The notes under the pieces were generated by a model that was not told the origin of the DNA, did not search any database, and was given only the letters and a program-made list of their open reading frames with translations. From positions 896,001-960,000 of the forward strand of contig OY762209.1 of assembly GCA_963665295.1 (NCBI GenBank): DNA of 64,000 bases. The letters run 5' to 3'. Source of the stretch: Syntrophorhabdaceae bacterium (GTDB lineage: Bacteria > Desulfobacterota > Syntrophorhabdia > Syntrophorhabdales > Syntrophorhabdaceae). Both the position numbers and the translations under genes were made by a program. Positions 40,393-49,043 of this stretch are shown here, in pieces. Position 1 is the stretch's first letter, and each line of letters opens with the position of its first letter.

Positions 40393-41169
40393 TCAAATCC
40401 CCCACACGATGCTGCACGTCTCGGTCTGGTCCGAGTGTCCGAAGCAGACCGTGATCTCTTCCACATTCGTCACGGTAATAATGGTGTCCAAACCCGTCCC
40501 GGACTTGTAAAGCTCATTGCCCTCGATATCCTTCACGGTAAAGTTCTTGCTTTCGCCCACGCTGACTGTAAGCACGTCATGACCTTCCCCGCCGTCGATG
40601 AACGTGACATCATCGCCTCCGGAAACGTTGTAATAGATCTTATCGTCTCCCGGACCCGCGTCGATCAGGATGCAGTTATTCTGGTATCCTCCATCCGCAT
40701 GCAGCGTGTCATCCCCGTCGCCGCCTCTCATGACCATGTAATTGTCGTTATCGCCGCCGTTGGCAGTCATTGTATCGTTCCCCGGCCCGCCGTACTGAAG
40801 GATCCAGTCATTTCCCGTGCCGCCTGTGGCGGTCATTATGTCGTTCCCCGGTCCCCCGTACTGGAATATCCGGTCGTCTCCGGCCCCGCCGGTCGCGGTC
40901 ATCGTATCGTCCCCCACGCCGCCGTCCTGGTAAATGTAGTCGTTGCCGTCAAGGCCCGACGCGTACTGAGTGTCGCCCCCTCCGAAGCCGAACTGGAGGA
41001 CCATGTCGTCGCCGGCGGTGCTCACCTGGATTTGCTCATCCGCCTCCTCCGTGCCGGTCCAGATGATCGGCGTCGGGGCGGCCGCCCTCGCGCCCGGGCC
41101 AAGGCCGGGCGGGGCAAAGAAAACTGTAAATGCGATTATTGCGCAAAGGATCGTCCGTAGCGAATACAT
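40393..41169 (-). CDS. Secreted RTX-like repeat protein (paralog 1)
   Basis: Signal peptide (ARA) and GGxGxD repeats. C-terminal half near-identical to 39598-40389. Confidence 0.8.
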   Translation of the reverse strand: MYSLRTILCAIIAFTVFFAPPGLGPGARAAAPTPIIWTGTEEADEQIQVSTAGDDMVLQFGFGGGDTQYASGLDGNDYIYQDGGVGDDTMTATGGAGDDRIFQYGGPGNDIMTATGGTGNDWILQYGGPGNDTMTANGGDNDNYMVMRGGDGDDTLHADGGYQNNCILIDAGPGDDKIYYNVSGGDDVTFIDGGEGHDVLTVSVGESKNFTVKDIEGNELYKSGTGLDTIITVTNVEEITVCFGHSDQTETCSIVWGI

Positions 41170-41311
41170 CGATATTCCCCCTTCATGCAGCCCGGACGGG
41201 CGGGTTATATATGACAATATAATATCATCTTTCCCCCAATACATCAAAAAAACAGATAAAATGCAGTCCATCGTGTCTTTCTTTGGACCTACGATACCCT
41301 TGATCCTGCTT

Positions 41312-41512
41312 CACGGCGGGAGGAGGGGTCCATGCCCCATGCGCCTGCGAGCACCGGCGGGTCCCCGCTCGGTGAGGAGGCATGATCCGAAGGACAGGCG
41401 TCCATGTTTGAGGCGGATACCGCCGAGTTTGGGCGCCTGAATGCTCGACGAACCGTTAGCGGGTGCCGGAGCGCAGCCGAAGCATGGGGCATGGACCCCT
41501 CCTCCCGCCGTG
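41312..41512. repeat. 201-bp element bounded by perfect 31-bp inverted repeats
   Basis: CACGGCGGGAGGAGGGGTCCATGCCCCATGC at 41312-41342, with its reverse complement at 41482-41512. Confidence 0.85.
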
Positions 41513-41783
41513 CTCTCCCGACAGCCGAACTGTTCCAACCTGCCCGGGAAAGCTTGCTCACCCGCGCCGCCTTGAAGATGTCCCTTCGGCCATGGGGACC
41601 ACCGACGCTCTTGATCTTACTGGAAACCGACAGGGCAAGGAAGGGTCATCAGGGTCATGGGGCGGCAACGGACCGGTGATGAGGCGCGGGACAGGGTAAC
41701 GCGATTGAGGGGTACGACAAAGAAAAAGAGGGAGCTGTAACGAGAGTCTTCGGGGTGGTTGTGTGGCGCTTCTTGTAATGCAG

Positions 41784-41813
41784 AAAAAAGAAGCGTCCCC
41801 AGGGGGATTCGAA
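41784..41813 (-). repeat. Displaced tRNA-Glu 3' end, att copy 1
   Basis: 30-bp exact match to 46420-46449. Confidence 0.93.
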
Positions 41814-42101
41814 GCGCCTTTGCCCCTTGCTGGATAAGGGTTTACGAGGGGTGTTCGTCCCAAATTCGTCCCAAAGGTTCTGGTCCAGGCGTGGACGGCA
41901 CGAAGAATGGAAAAGCTTCTTCTTAATCTAAAAGGTCCTTTGTTGACAAAGTTTTTGTTGGCATGAGCGAATATTGAGTATAAAATGTGTAGAAAGTGCT
42001 CACAATCTGGGGCTTATTTCACAAGGAGAACGATTGGTGCATGCATGGCATCGTCTTTCGGACTTGGTTACAGTCGGTGACGCCGAGGCGAGAGAAGCGA
42101 A

Positions 42102-42806
42102 ATGAGACAATTCTTCGGCTGGATGGGAAAGATTATACCAATACTCAGCTTGGTCTTCGCTGTGTTTGTGTATGTGCAGGCACGCACCAACACCCATGAA
42201 CTAAAGCTCAGGCTCAGCGATACCCAGGCGCAACTCAATGCTACCAGAAATAACACGGACGGGGCTTTGCAGGGAATACAAGTTATCCAACAGACCTTAA
42301 AAGAGAAGGATGGGAAAGCAGGAAGCGGTTCATCCGGAACAAAACTGGCGGTAACGAATGAGGGCAAACGACCCCGCCATGAGTCTTCAGACGCGAAGCG
42401 ACAAATGACTATCATTTCTCATGAAACGAAGAAGATAGAAAAGCAGCTTCAAGACACCCTAAGAGTAATAGGCAAACCAGTTCCAAGCACTAAGAAAGAG
42501 AAGAATGGCCAAGAAGACATGACGGGCAAATGGGTTCGTCTATACCAAAAACCATTGACTTGGTCGAGAGCTAGAGAGTTTGCCGAAAATGAAAGCATGA
42601 AGGGACACGGAGCCTGGTCTTTGCCAACACTGCGACAATTCCAGAATTTGGCATCTTCAGAGACCGCAGCCATAGAACTTGAGCACGATTATTACTGGAC
42701 AGGCGATGAATCTGGAAACGTGGCGATAGCGTTTAACCCCCACGTCAACAGACATCAGGAAATGAGCAAGACTAGCAGCAACTTTGTAGTCTATATAGTC
42801 AAATAA
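42102..42806 (+). CDS. Membrane-anchored coiled-coil protein with a DUF1566/Lcl-like C-terminus
   Basis: N-terminal TM. LTWSRA...WSLPT...YYWT motif. Confidence 0.6.
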   Translation: MRQFFGWMGKIIPILSLVFAVFVYVQARTNTHELKLRLSDTQAQLNATRNNTDGALQGIQVIQQTLKEKDGKAGSGSSGTKLAVTNEGKRPRHESSDAKRQMTIISHETKKIEKQLQDTLRVIGKPVPSTKKEKNGQEDMTGKWVRLYQKPLTWSRAREFAENESMKGHGAWSLPTLRQFQNLASSETAAIELEHDYYWTGDESGNVAIAFNPHVNRHQEMSKTSSNFVVYIVK

Positions 42807-42824
42807 AGATGTAAGGAGAGAACA

Positions 42825-43340
42825 GTGATTGAGAATCAAAACAGAAGAGTAATATATCTCGTATTTCTTGCTTTGTGTGCACAAGCACTTTTATCCACGG
42901 CCGTTTATGGTGCATCAACTATCGCATTCCGAAAAGAGCCGTATACTCATGACAAATCCTATGTGGTCAGCGGCTACAGGATGAAGGATAATGGATTCGA
43001 GATATATGTGTCGGAGAGCAAGAGAAAGACTTATTGGCATATTCAGGTTATCGGTGATGATACCATTGAGGTTCCTGACGCGAACTGCGTAATAAGGTTT
43101 AAAGCTAAATCAAATAAAGAGTTCAATCTATATTCGAGGCTTGGCGAGGAATCTGTTCATGACGGCAATTCTTATGTTGATCATTCATGGCAAATCATCG
43201 GAGATGGACTTTACCATGAATACAGGCTTGATTTCAGGGGCAAGAAAGATATAGCGAACTGGTTGTATTTTCAATTAGGCAAAGCACCATCGGGCACGAG
43301 GTTTGACCTATCTGATCTTTTTGTCGAATCCATTAAATGA
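42825..43340 (+). CDS. Secreted protein with a possible carbohydrate-binding (CBM4/9-like) fold
   Basis: Signal peptide. WHIQV, IRFKAKS and LYFQLG motifs. Confidence 0.5.
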   Translation: MIENQNRRVIYLVFLALCAQALLSTAVYGASTIAFRKEPYTHDKSYVVSGYRMKDNGFEIYVSESKRKTYWHIQVIGDDTIEVPDANCVIRFKAKSNKEFNLYSRLGEESVHDGNSYVDHSWQIIGDGLYHEYRLDFRGKKDIANWLYFQLGKAPSGTRFDLSDLFVESIK

Positions 43341-43475
43341 ACATAGATTTGAGGCTAAGAGTGGCATGTCCCGATTATAGATGGCTTTGCCAGTACCATA
43401 ATCGTATCACAAGGGAAAAGGGGCAACATTTCAAGACGTGCCTCATAGCTAACTGAGTCTCTTTTTGGGAAAACA

Positions 43476-43513
43476 TTGAGAGAGCACAAGGATCATCCCT
43501 TATGCTCTCTCAA
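43476..43513. terminator. Hairpin between convergent genes
   Basis: ATTGAGAGAGCA.AAGG...CCTT.TGCTCTCTCAAT. Confidence 0.55.
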
Positions 43514-43561
43514 TCCGAGGTCTGTCCATATTGACCGATAACCATGTATTTTTTCACGGTC

Positions 43562-43714
43562 TTATACTTCCTTGGCGTTTTCGCTTTCGTAAGGCTCTAT
43601 TTCCGCGTCGCACACCGGACACCGGTCGTTGCACATGCATGACCATTCATCCCGCCATTCGGTCCCGTCAAAGGGGCACCTGTAATAATTCCTGTATGTC
43701 CTTTTCTCTTCCAT
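43562..43714 (-). CDS. Small Cys-rich (Zn-ribbon-like) protein
   Basis: NYYRCP..GTEW.DEWSC.C.DRCP.C. GGAGG upstream. Confidence 0.65.
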   Translation of the reverse strand: MEEKRTYRNYYRCPFDGTEWRDEWSCMCNDRCPVCDAEIEPYESENAKEV

Positions 43715-44223
43715 GGTGTCATACCTCCTACGCTGTGATGATTTCATAGCCTACCCGGTCCAATGCATTGTTGGGACGGGCAGACTCAGAATCGGATCTG
43801 CCGAACCGTTGAGCGTGAGAAAGGTGTTCGATTCTCATCATTTCGCGCGTGGATTGCGCATAGAAAGCCGCCACAGAACAACTGGTGTGTAAGAATCCTT
43901 TTAGAAAATGCCGAAGGGGGATGCAATAATATCAGCATAGTTAAGCGATACAGGACTTGTGAGTGAAGAACAATGATCTATACGGATCCTCCTTTCTGTG
44001 TTTAATGTGCCTTTTAAAAAACATGGCGCGAAGCCATATCTTTCTTGCATCAGGTTTTTGCGAATTGGGCAAAAGGAGTCATTTTGGACGCTAAGGTGTC
44101 GGGGTCTGTTGTGAGGATAGGAAAGAGATTTCTTGCAAAAGAACGGTAAATAATTGGACAATATCGGACAAGGGGAAATTAAGCATCCCCGAAAAAGCGA
44201 GGCAGTGAATTTCTGCAAAAGCG

Positions 44224-45183
44224 GTGGATGAATTCATGATAGATGCCCTTACGAATTTGCTCCAACAAATCGATGATCTGGGAGTGTCCTCGTACTCCGG
44301 TTACATGGGTTTGCCGGACAGCAAGAAGAAATCTCTTGATGATTTGTTCTGGAAGTATCTCTATGGGGGTCCTCAACACATAAGGGAAGAAGTGAAGAAC
44401 AAGACGAACCTAGCCGTAAAGGAGGAATTTCCCGTTGGTATTAAACAGTCAATCCTGTACGCAGACAAGATTATAGTTCTGACTTCAGGAACCTCCACCG
44501 ATCTTCACGGACAGAAGAATTTTGGCTCCAACTCCATCAGAACTCTCCTGTCATATCTCGACCTCATAAGATCGGGACTACTGCATTTGGTACCCGTATC
44601 GCATCGACACCTAGGGGAGGATGAGTATGATGATTCCTATTGGGATTTCGATCCAGCCGAATGGTCTTCAATTCTGTTCAGAGAAAACCTCTTAGACCAA
44701 ATACGAGGCAGTTTCCTTGGAGATGAGGATTTGATTTCCAATAGTGCTTTGCTAAATCTTAACGTAAACTTCCCGCTTGTCGGCAACATTAGTGACAAAG
44801 AAATCGCAAAACTTATACAGAACGAGGAGCTTCTTCACAACTACCGTTTTGAGCTGAGGAAGTTGCACTCCTTCAGGCAGGGGGAAACCACTGAGGCATC
44901 CTTTCTCGAACAAGTGAAAGGCATCAATGACAGAGTTGTGGAGTTGAATGCACGGGTTAATGAACTGAAGCTGGGGGTTAAACTTTCACTGATAGAGACT
45001 ACGATTGGCGCATCTGCCACGATTTGTTCTCTTTTCTTGCCAGCTGAAATTGCTGTCCTAGTGAAGAGCATCGTCGGAGCAACAACACTAGTTAATGTGT
45101 CTTCCTCAGCCAAAGCATATATCATCGAAAATAAGAGGATAAAAGAATCTCCGTACTATTTTGCCTGGAGAATGCTTAAATAA
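44224..45183 (+). CDS. Hypothetical protein (island cargo)
   Basis: 319-aa AT-rich ORF with a hydrophobic C-terminal hairpin and no recognisable family. Confidence 0.7.
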   Translation: MDEFMIDALTNLLQQIDDLGVSSYSGYMGLPDSKKKSLDDLFWKYLYGGPQHIREEVKNKTNLAVKEEFPVGIKQSILYADKIIVLTSGTSTDLHGQKNFGSNSIRTLLSYLDLIRSGLLHLVPVSHRHLGEDEYDDSYWDFDPAEWSSILFRENLLDQIRGSFLGDEDLISNSALLNLNVNFPLVGNISDKEIAKLIQNEELLHNYRFELRKLHSFRQGETTEASFLEQVKGINDRVVELNARVNELKLGVKLSLIETTIGASATICSLFLPAEIAVLVKSIVGATTLVNVSSSAKAYIIENKRIKESPYYFAWRMLK

Positions 45184-45289
45184 GTATCTTTATTTATTAG
45201 AGAAACACACATAACAACGGCATGCAGCCTACTCCCAGTCATACAAAGTGCGGATAAAGGTAAAATGTTTTCAGCGACACGCCACAGCT

Positions 45290-45468
45290 TTTGTTCTCAG
45301 ATTTCGAGCAAGATTGATTCGAGATTAGGGCAGAGGCTTATGCGCCACAAAGACAGCCGGCGTACCAACCGGTACTATCACGAGTGGAGCGAGACTCTTG
45401 TTGACGCCGTCAGGAACATCGATAACGTGGTCCCTTTGGCGAAGAAAGCGGGGGAGGAGGAAGAGTAA
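45290..45468 (+). pseudogene. Tyrosine integrase C-terminal relic
   Basis: GQRLMRHKDSRRTNRYYH resembles the QxLLGHxxxxxTxxYxH box II motif. Confidence 0.65.
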
Positions 45469-45509
45469 TTTGCGTCCCGAATTTTCGCCGACCTATGAGT
45501 TTGTCACAA

Positions 45510-46130
45510 CTATAGAGGGTGAACTACTCGCCCCCTAAGGTCTACCATTGAGCCCTTGATATCGTACTTTCCGTCTTTCACGAATGTAATCTTCTTGTAA
45601 AACGAGTCGAAATCTTTGATTACAAGAGACCGTCCATGCGGCACGGTGAGCCGAGCGAATTTACCTGAGAGCTGTTCCTTCCAAGACCAGATGATAACGT
45701 CCCATCCATGAGTTAGGGCTCTTTCAATTTGCTTGGTAAAGCTGGTGCCAAAATCAGATTCGTGGCCGTCTCCAGTGCAGAGGATTAGGGTCTGCGGAGC
45801 GGTGTGATCCAACAAGGCATTCGCTATTTTTAGGTGAACGACTTCATCGACGCCTTGCTCAACAAGGCGGGCATCCTCGGTTTTAATCTTGTTTAGTAGG
45901 TCGGTGTTATACCCGGCGGCTCGGGCGTGATCCCACAGGGCTTTATTTCCGGGGGGAACTGATCCAGCAATGACCCTAGTCACAGGGCTAAATCCCTGTT
46001 CAATGAGCCCAAAAAGGTTCCTGTAGTATACCCGCACGGCCATCCACACCGCTTCAGGCTCCAAGGTAACAGATGCACGCTGGGCGCCACCATACACGTT
46101 TGAATTATCGACAAAAACATGTGCGTTCAT
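45510..46130 (-). CDS. NYN/LabA-like PIN-fold protein
   Basis: VFVDNSN, GSVPP, EQGVDE and LCTGDG motifs. Confidence 0.8.
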   Translation of the reverse strand: MNAHVFVDNSNVYGGAQRASVTLEPEAVWMAVRVYYRNLFGLIEQGFSPVTRVIAGSVPPGNKALWDHARAAGYNTDLLNKIKTEDARLVEQGVDEVVHLKIANALLDHTAPQTLILCTGDGHESDFGTSFTKQIERALTHGWDVIIWSWKEQLSGKFARLTVPHGRSLVIKDFDSFYKKITFVKDGKYDIKGSMVDLRGRVVHPL

Positions 46131-46429
46131 TCCCCGTTAGGTCTCCTTATTGGATTCTACGATCAATGATGCCTCAGACAATTATAGAACATGCAGCCGA
46201 AAAAGAAAGTAAATAATGTATACATTCGGAGGAATTGCAAATTAGGCGGAGCGATCCACAAGGCTCATGGGACGACGAACTATTTTCGTCCCAAATTCGT
46301 GCCAACCCAGAAAGAAGAGGTAGTCGAAATTACAGGAGAAAAGAAACGATTGAGTCACGGCCGAAGATGGCGTGAAGGCGGGTGATGAGCCTGCAACCCT
46401 ATTGAAGGGACAGACCCATAAAAAAGAAG

Positions 46430-46504
46430 CGTCCCCAGGGGGATTCGAACCCCCGTTGTCGGCGTGAAAGGCCGATGTCCTAGGCCAGGCTAGACGATAG
46501 GGAC
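46430..46504 (-). tRNA. tRNA-Glu (TTC)
   Basis: Cloverleaf GTCCCTA...TGGGGAC-G, anticodon loop CTTTCAC, T-loop GTTCGAATC. No encoded CCA. Confidence 0.97.
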
Positions 46505-46508
46505 GTTT

Positions 46509-46582
46509 TGGGCCGTGCAAGACTTGAACTTGCGACTCTCTGCTTAAAAGGCAGATACTCTACCGACCTGAGTTAACGGCCC
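46509..46582 (-). tRNA. tRNA-Lys (TTT)
   Basis: GGGCCGT...ACGGCCC-A with anticodon loop CTTTTAA. Confidence 0.97.
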
Positions 46583-46875
46583 CAGAGTTAATTAGGATAC
46601 GGGAAAATCGGCCCGTTGTCAAGTTTAATAAACCGGCAGGCCGCATGTGAAAAAATCCTCGTGCCCGGAAGAACTTCCATACCGCCCGTAACACCCTGTA
46701 AATAAAGGGGACGGGCGACACCTTTCGCGGACCCGCTGTGAACCGTTGATAATTGGGGGCGTTACGGACCGCCCCGGCCGCCGGGGCGGAGGGTCCTATG
46801 CCCATGGCTCGATTTCCCAAGTGGCCGTATTGATTGAGTTTTCACCATTGCTCAAAGCCTGTGCATGGTGTAGTA

Positions 46876-46950
46876 CCGTCAATCATATCAGCTACTTGGA
46901 CGATCAGTTCTACAACTTATCCACATATTTTCCACAATTTGTGTTGAAAA
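46876..46950 (-). promoter_or_regulatory. DnaA-box cluster (copy B)
   Basis: Perfect TTATCCACA at 46917 and TTTTCCACA at 46928. Same layout as 18879-18949. Confidence 0.7.
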
Positions 46951-46972
46951 AGGAAGACCCGCTGCCGTGTGA

Positions 46973-48340
46973 TTATTTTCCTATGCAGAAACGGCTGAAT
47001 ATGTCGTGGAGGATGTCGTCGCTCACCGCTTCGCCGGTGATTTCGTCGAGGGACCCGACCGCCTGCTGAAGATCACCCGCGATAAATTCCAGGGGCATCC
47101 CGCTCGCGTTGCCCGATACCGCCCTTTCCAGGGCGTCGAGGGCAAGGGAGAGGGCGTTTCTATGGCGGAGGTTCGTAACGAGGACCGTGTCGCGGGAGCG
47201 CTCCTTGCCCATGAGGGACTCGTAAATGGTCTGTTTCAATGTCTCCATCCCCTCGTCTTTCAGGGCCGAAACCTCTACCACTGCGCGTCCCGTGTCCTTG
47301 AGCGCGTCCGCCGCGACAAGCCGCGGCAGGTCCGTCTTGTTCACCACCACGATGGCGGCCCTCACACCTATCTCCTTAAAGACGTCGCGGTCTTCCGCCG
47401 AAAACGGCCGGGAGCCGTCAACGACCCAGAGGATGAGGTCCACTTCGGGGATCTTCTGCTTCACCCGCTCTATACCCTCCTCTTCCACCGCGTCCCGGGG
47501 CTGTCCGATGCCCGCCGTATCCACGATCCTTACCTTGATGCCCCTGATATGGATGGTGTCCTCGATCAGGTCCCTCGTGGTGCCGGGCAGGGGCGTGACG
47601 ATGGCCTTTTCTTTTGCGATGAGGGCATTGAGGAGGCTCGATTTCCCCACGTTGGTCCGGCCTATTATCATGACCTCCAGGCCATGCTTTACCGCGTTTC
47701 CTTCATAATAGGAGTCCACAAGGGCCCTTACCTCTTTTCGCGCCTTTTCCACCACGAAAAAAAGGGCCGCCTCATCCACGTCGATCTCTTCCTCGGGAAA
47801 GTCTATGAGGGCCTCCATCTCCACGAGGGCGTTCCTGACCTCCGCTCGGATGTTCTTCAGTTTGCCCGACAGGGCGCCCCTCAGGTTTTTCACCGCATAT
47901 CGCAGTTCCTCGTCGGTCTCGCTCTCTATGATGTCGAGCACCGATTCCGCCTGGAGAAGATCGATCCTTCCGTTGAGGAAGGCCCTTTTCGTGAACTCCC
48001 CGGGCTCCGCGAGTCTGGCCCCGCACTCCATCATAAGAGAGAGTATCTTCCGCTGCACGGCAAAACCCCCGTGAGAATAGACTTCCCCTATGTCTTCCCT
48101 CGTATAGGTGCGGGGGGCGTGCATGAATACCGCGTAAACCTCATCGACCTTGTCTTTGCTTGCGGGGTCCGTGATGTGGCCGAGATAAAGGCGGTGGGAT
48201 ACGAAAGCATCCCCGCCCTTTCCCGTCCTGAAGATCTCTTTGAGAATCCTGTGAGCGGAAGGTCCGCTCAACCTCAATATGCCGATTCCCCCTTCACCGG
48301 GAGGGGTGGATACGGCACATATGGTGTCACTGCTTTCCAT
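46973..48340 (-). CDS. mnmE: tRNA modification GTPase
   Basis: DTICAVST, GEFTKRAFLNG, GRTNVGKS and FCIGK motifs. Confidence 0.98.
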   Translation of the reverse strand: MESSDTICAVSTPPGEGGIGILRLSGPSAHRILKEIFRTGKGGDAFVSHRLYLGHITDPASKDKVDEVYAVFMHAPRTYTREDIGEVYSHGGFAVQRKILSLMMECGARLAEPGEFTKRAFLNGRIDLLQAESVLDIIESETDEELRYAVKNLRGALSGKLKNIRAEVRNALVEMEALIDFPEEEIDVDEAALFFVVEKARKEVRALVDSYYEGNAVKHGLEVMIIGRTNVGKSSLLNALIAKEKAIVTPLPGTTRDLIEDTIHIRGIKVRIVDTAGIGQPRDAVEEEGIERVKQKIPEVDLILWVVDGSRPFSAEDRDVFKEIGVRAAIVVVNKTDLPRLVAADALKDTGRAVVEVSALKDEGMETLKQTIYESLMGKERSRDTVLVTNLRHRNALSLALDALERAVSGNASGMPLEFIAGDLQQAVGSLDEITGEAVSDDILHDIFSRFCIGK

Positions 48341-49034
48341 GGGTCGCGCCGATGGGCGAGATCACCACCTTTTTAGTGTGGCCTTCCCCCTCGCTCTTCG
48401 TCGTGATGTTCTTGTTGTGCTTGAACAGGGAGTGGACAATCCGCCGCTCGTAGGGGTTCAGGGGGTCCGTCTTCAACCGTCTCCCCGTCCTTTTCGCCCT
48501 GTCCGCCATCCTCTTGGCCATGACGGTGAGGGCTTTCTTCCGTTTTTCCCTGTAGCCGTTTATATCCACGAGCACCTTGAGGCCCTGTTTGTACCTTTTT
48601 GCAATGGCGAGTCTCAGTATGTGCTGCACCGCCTCCAGGGTCTCGCCGTCCTTGCCTATGAGCACGTCGCCGTCATCGGCCTGGATGAGGAATATGATCC
48701 TGTCCTCATACTGGGAAACCTTCGTATGAAAGGAAAGCCCCACGTGCCCGCCAAGCTCCTTCAGGAACTCCTGGCCGTACTCCTCCGGCGTCATCCCCTC
48801 GAATGTCAATTCCCCCGCTTCCCCCGTCGTCACTTCTTCGGGTATTATTTCTTCTTCTTTCTGCCTCAGACGCGCGGTAATCCGCACCTTCTTACTTCCC
48901 AAAAGGCCGAGAATGCCTTTGGTATCAACTTCTTTTACGTCTATGTCGAGGTCTTTTTCCTCCGCGTTAAGTTCCAGGGTCGCTTTTCTGATTGCTTCCT
49001 CATATGTTTTCCCCTCAACTTCCACAAAATCCAT
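48327..49034 (-). CDS. jag: Jag/EloR (KhpB) RNA-binding protein
   Basis: Jag_N, KH (LIGKDG) and R3H (ERRIVH) domains. Confidence 0.93.
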   Translation of the reverse strand: MDFVEVEGKTYEEAIRKATLELNAEEKDLDIDVKEVDTKGILGLLGSKKVRITARLRQKEEEIIPEEVTTGEAGELTFEGMTPEEYGQEFLKELGGHVGLSFHTKVSQYEDRIIFLIQADDGDVLIGKDGETLEAVQHILRLAIAKRYKQGLKVLVDINGYREKRKKALTVMAKRMADRAKRTGRRLKTDPLNPYERRIVHSLFKHNKNITTKSEGEGHTKKVVISPIGATHGKQ

Positions 49035-49043
49035 GTTACCTCC

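Larger units (their letters stand above)
41784..46449. mobile_element. Decayed genomic island integrated at tRNA-Glu
   Basis: Flanking 30-bp direct repeats, AT-richer cargo, an integrase relic, and TTCGTCCCAAA repeats near both ends. Confidence 0.8.

Noticed and set aside
39454..41169. Diversity-generating retroelement TR/VR pair
   Set aside because: There is no reverse transcriptase in the window, and the differences are not adenine-specific.
37760..41813. Extra tRNA-Glu genes
   Set aside because: Only about 20 nt of the 3' end is present, with no anticodon or D arm.
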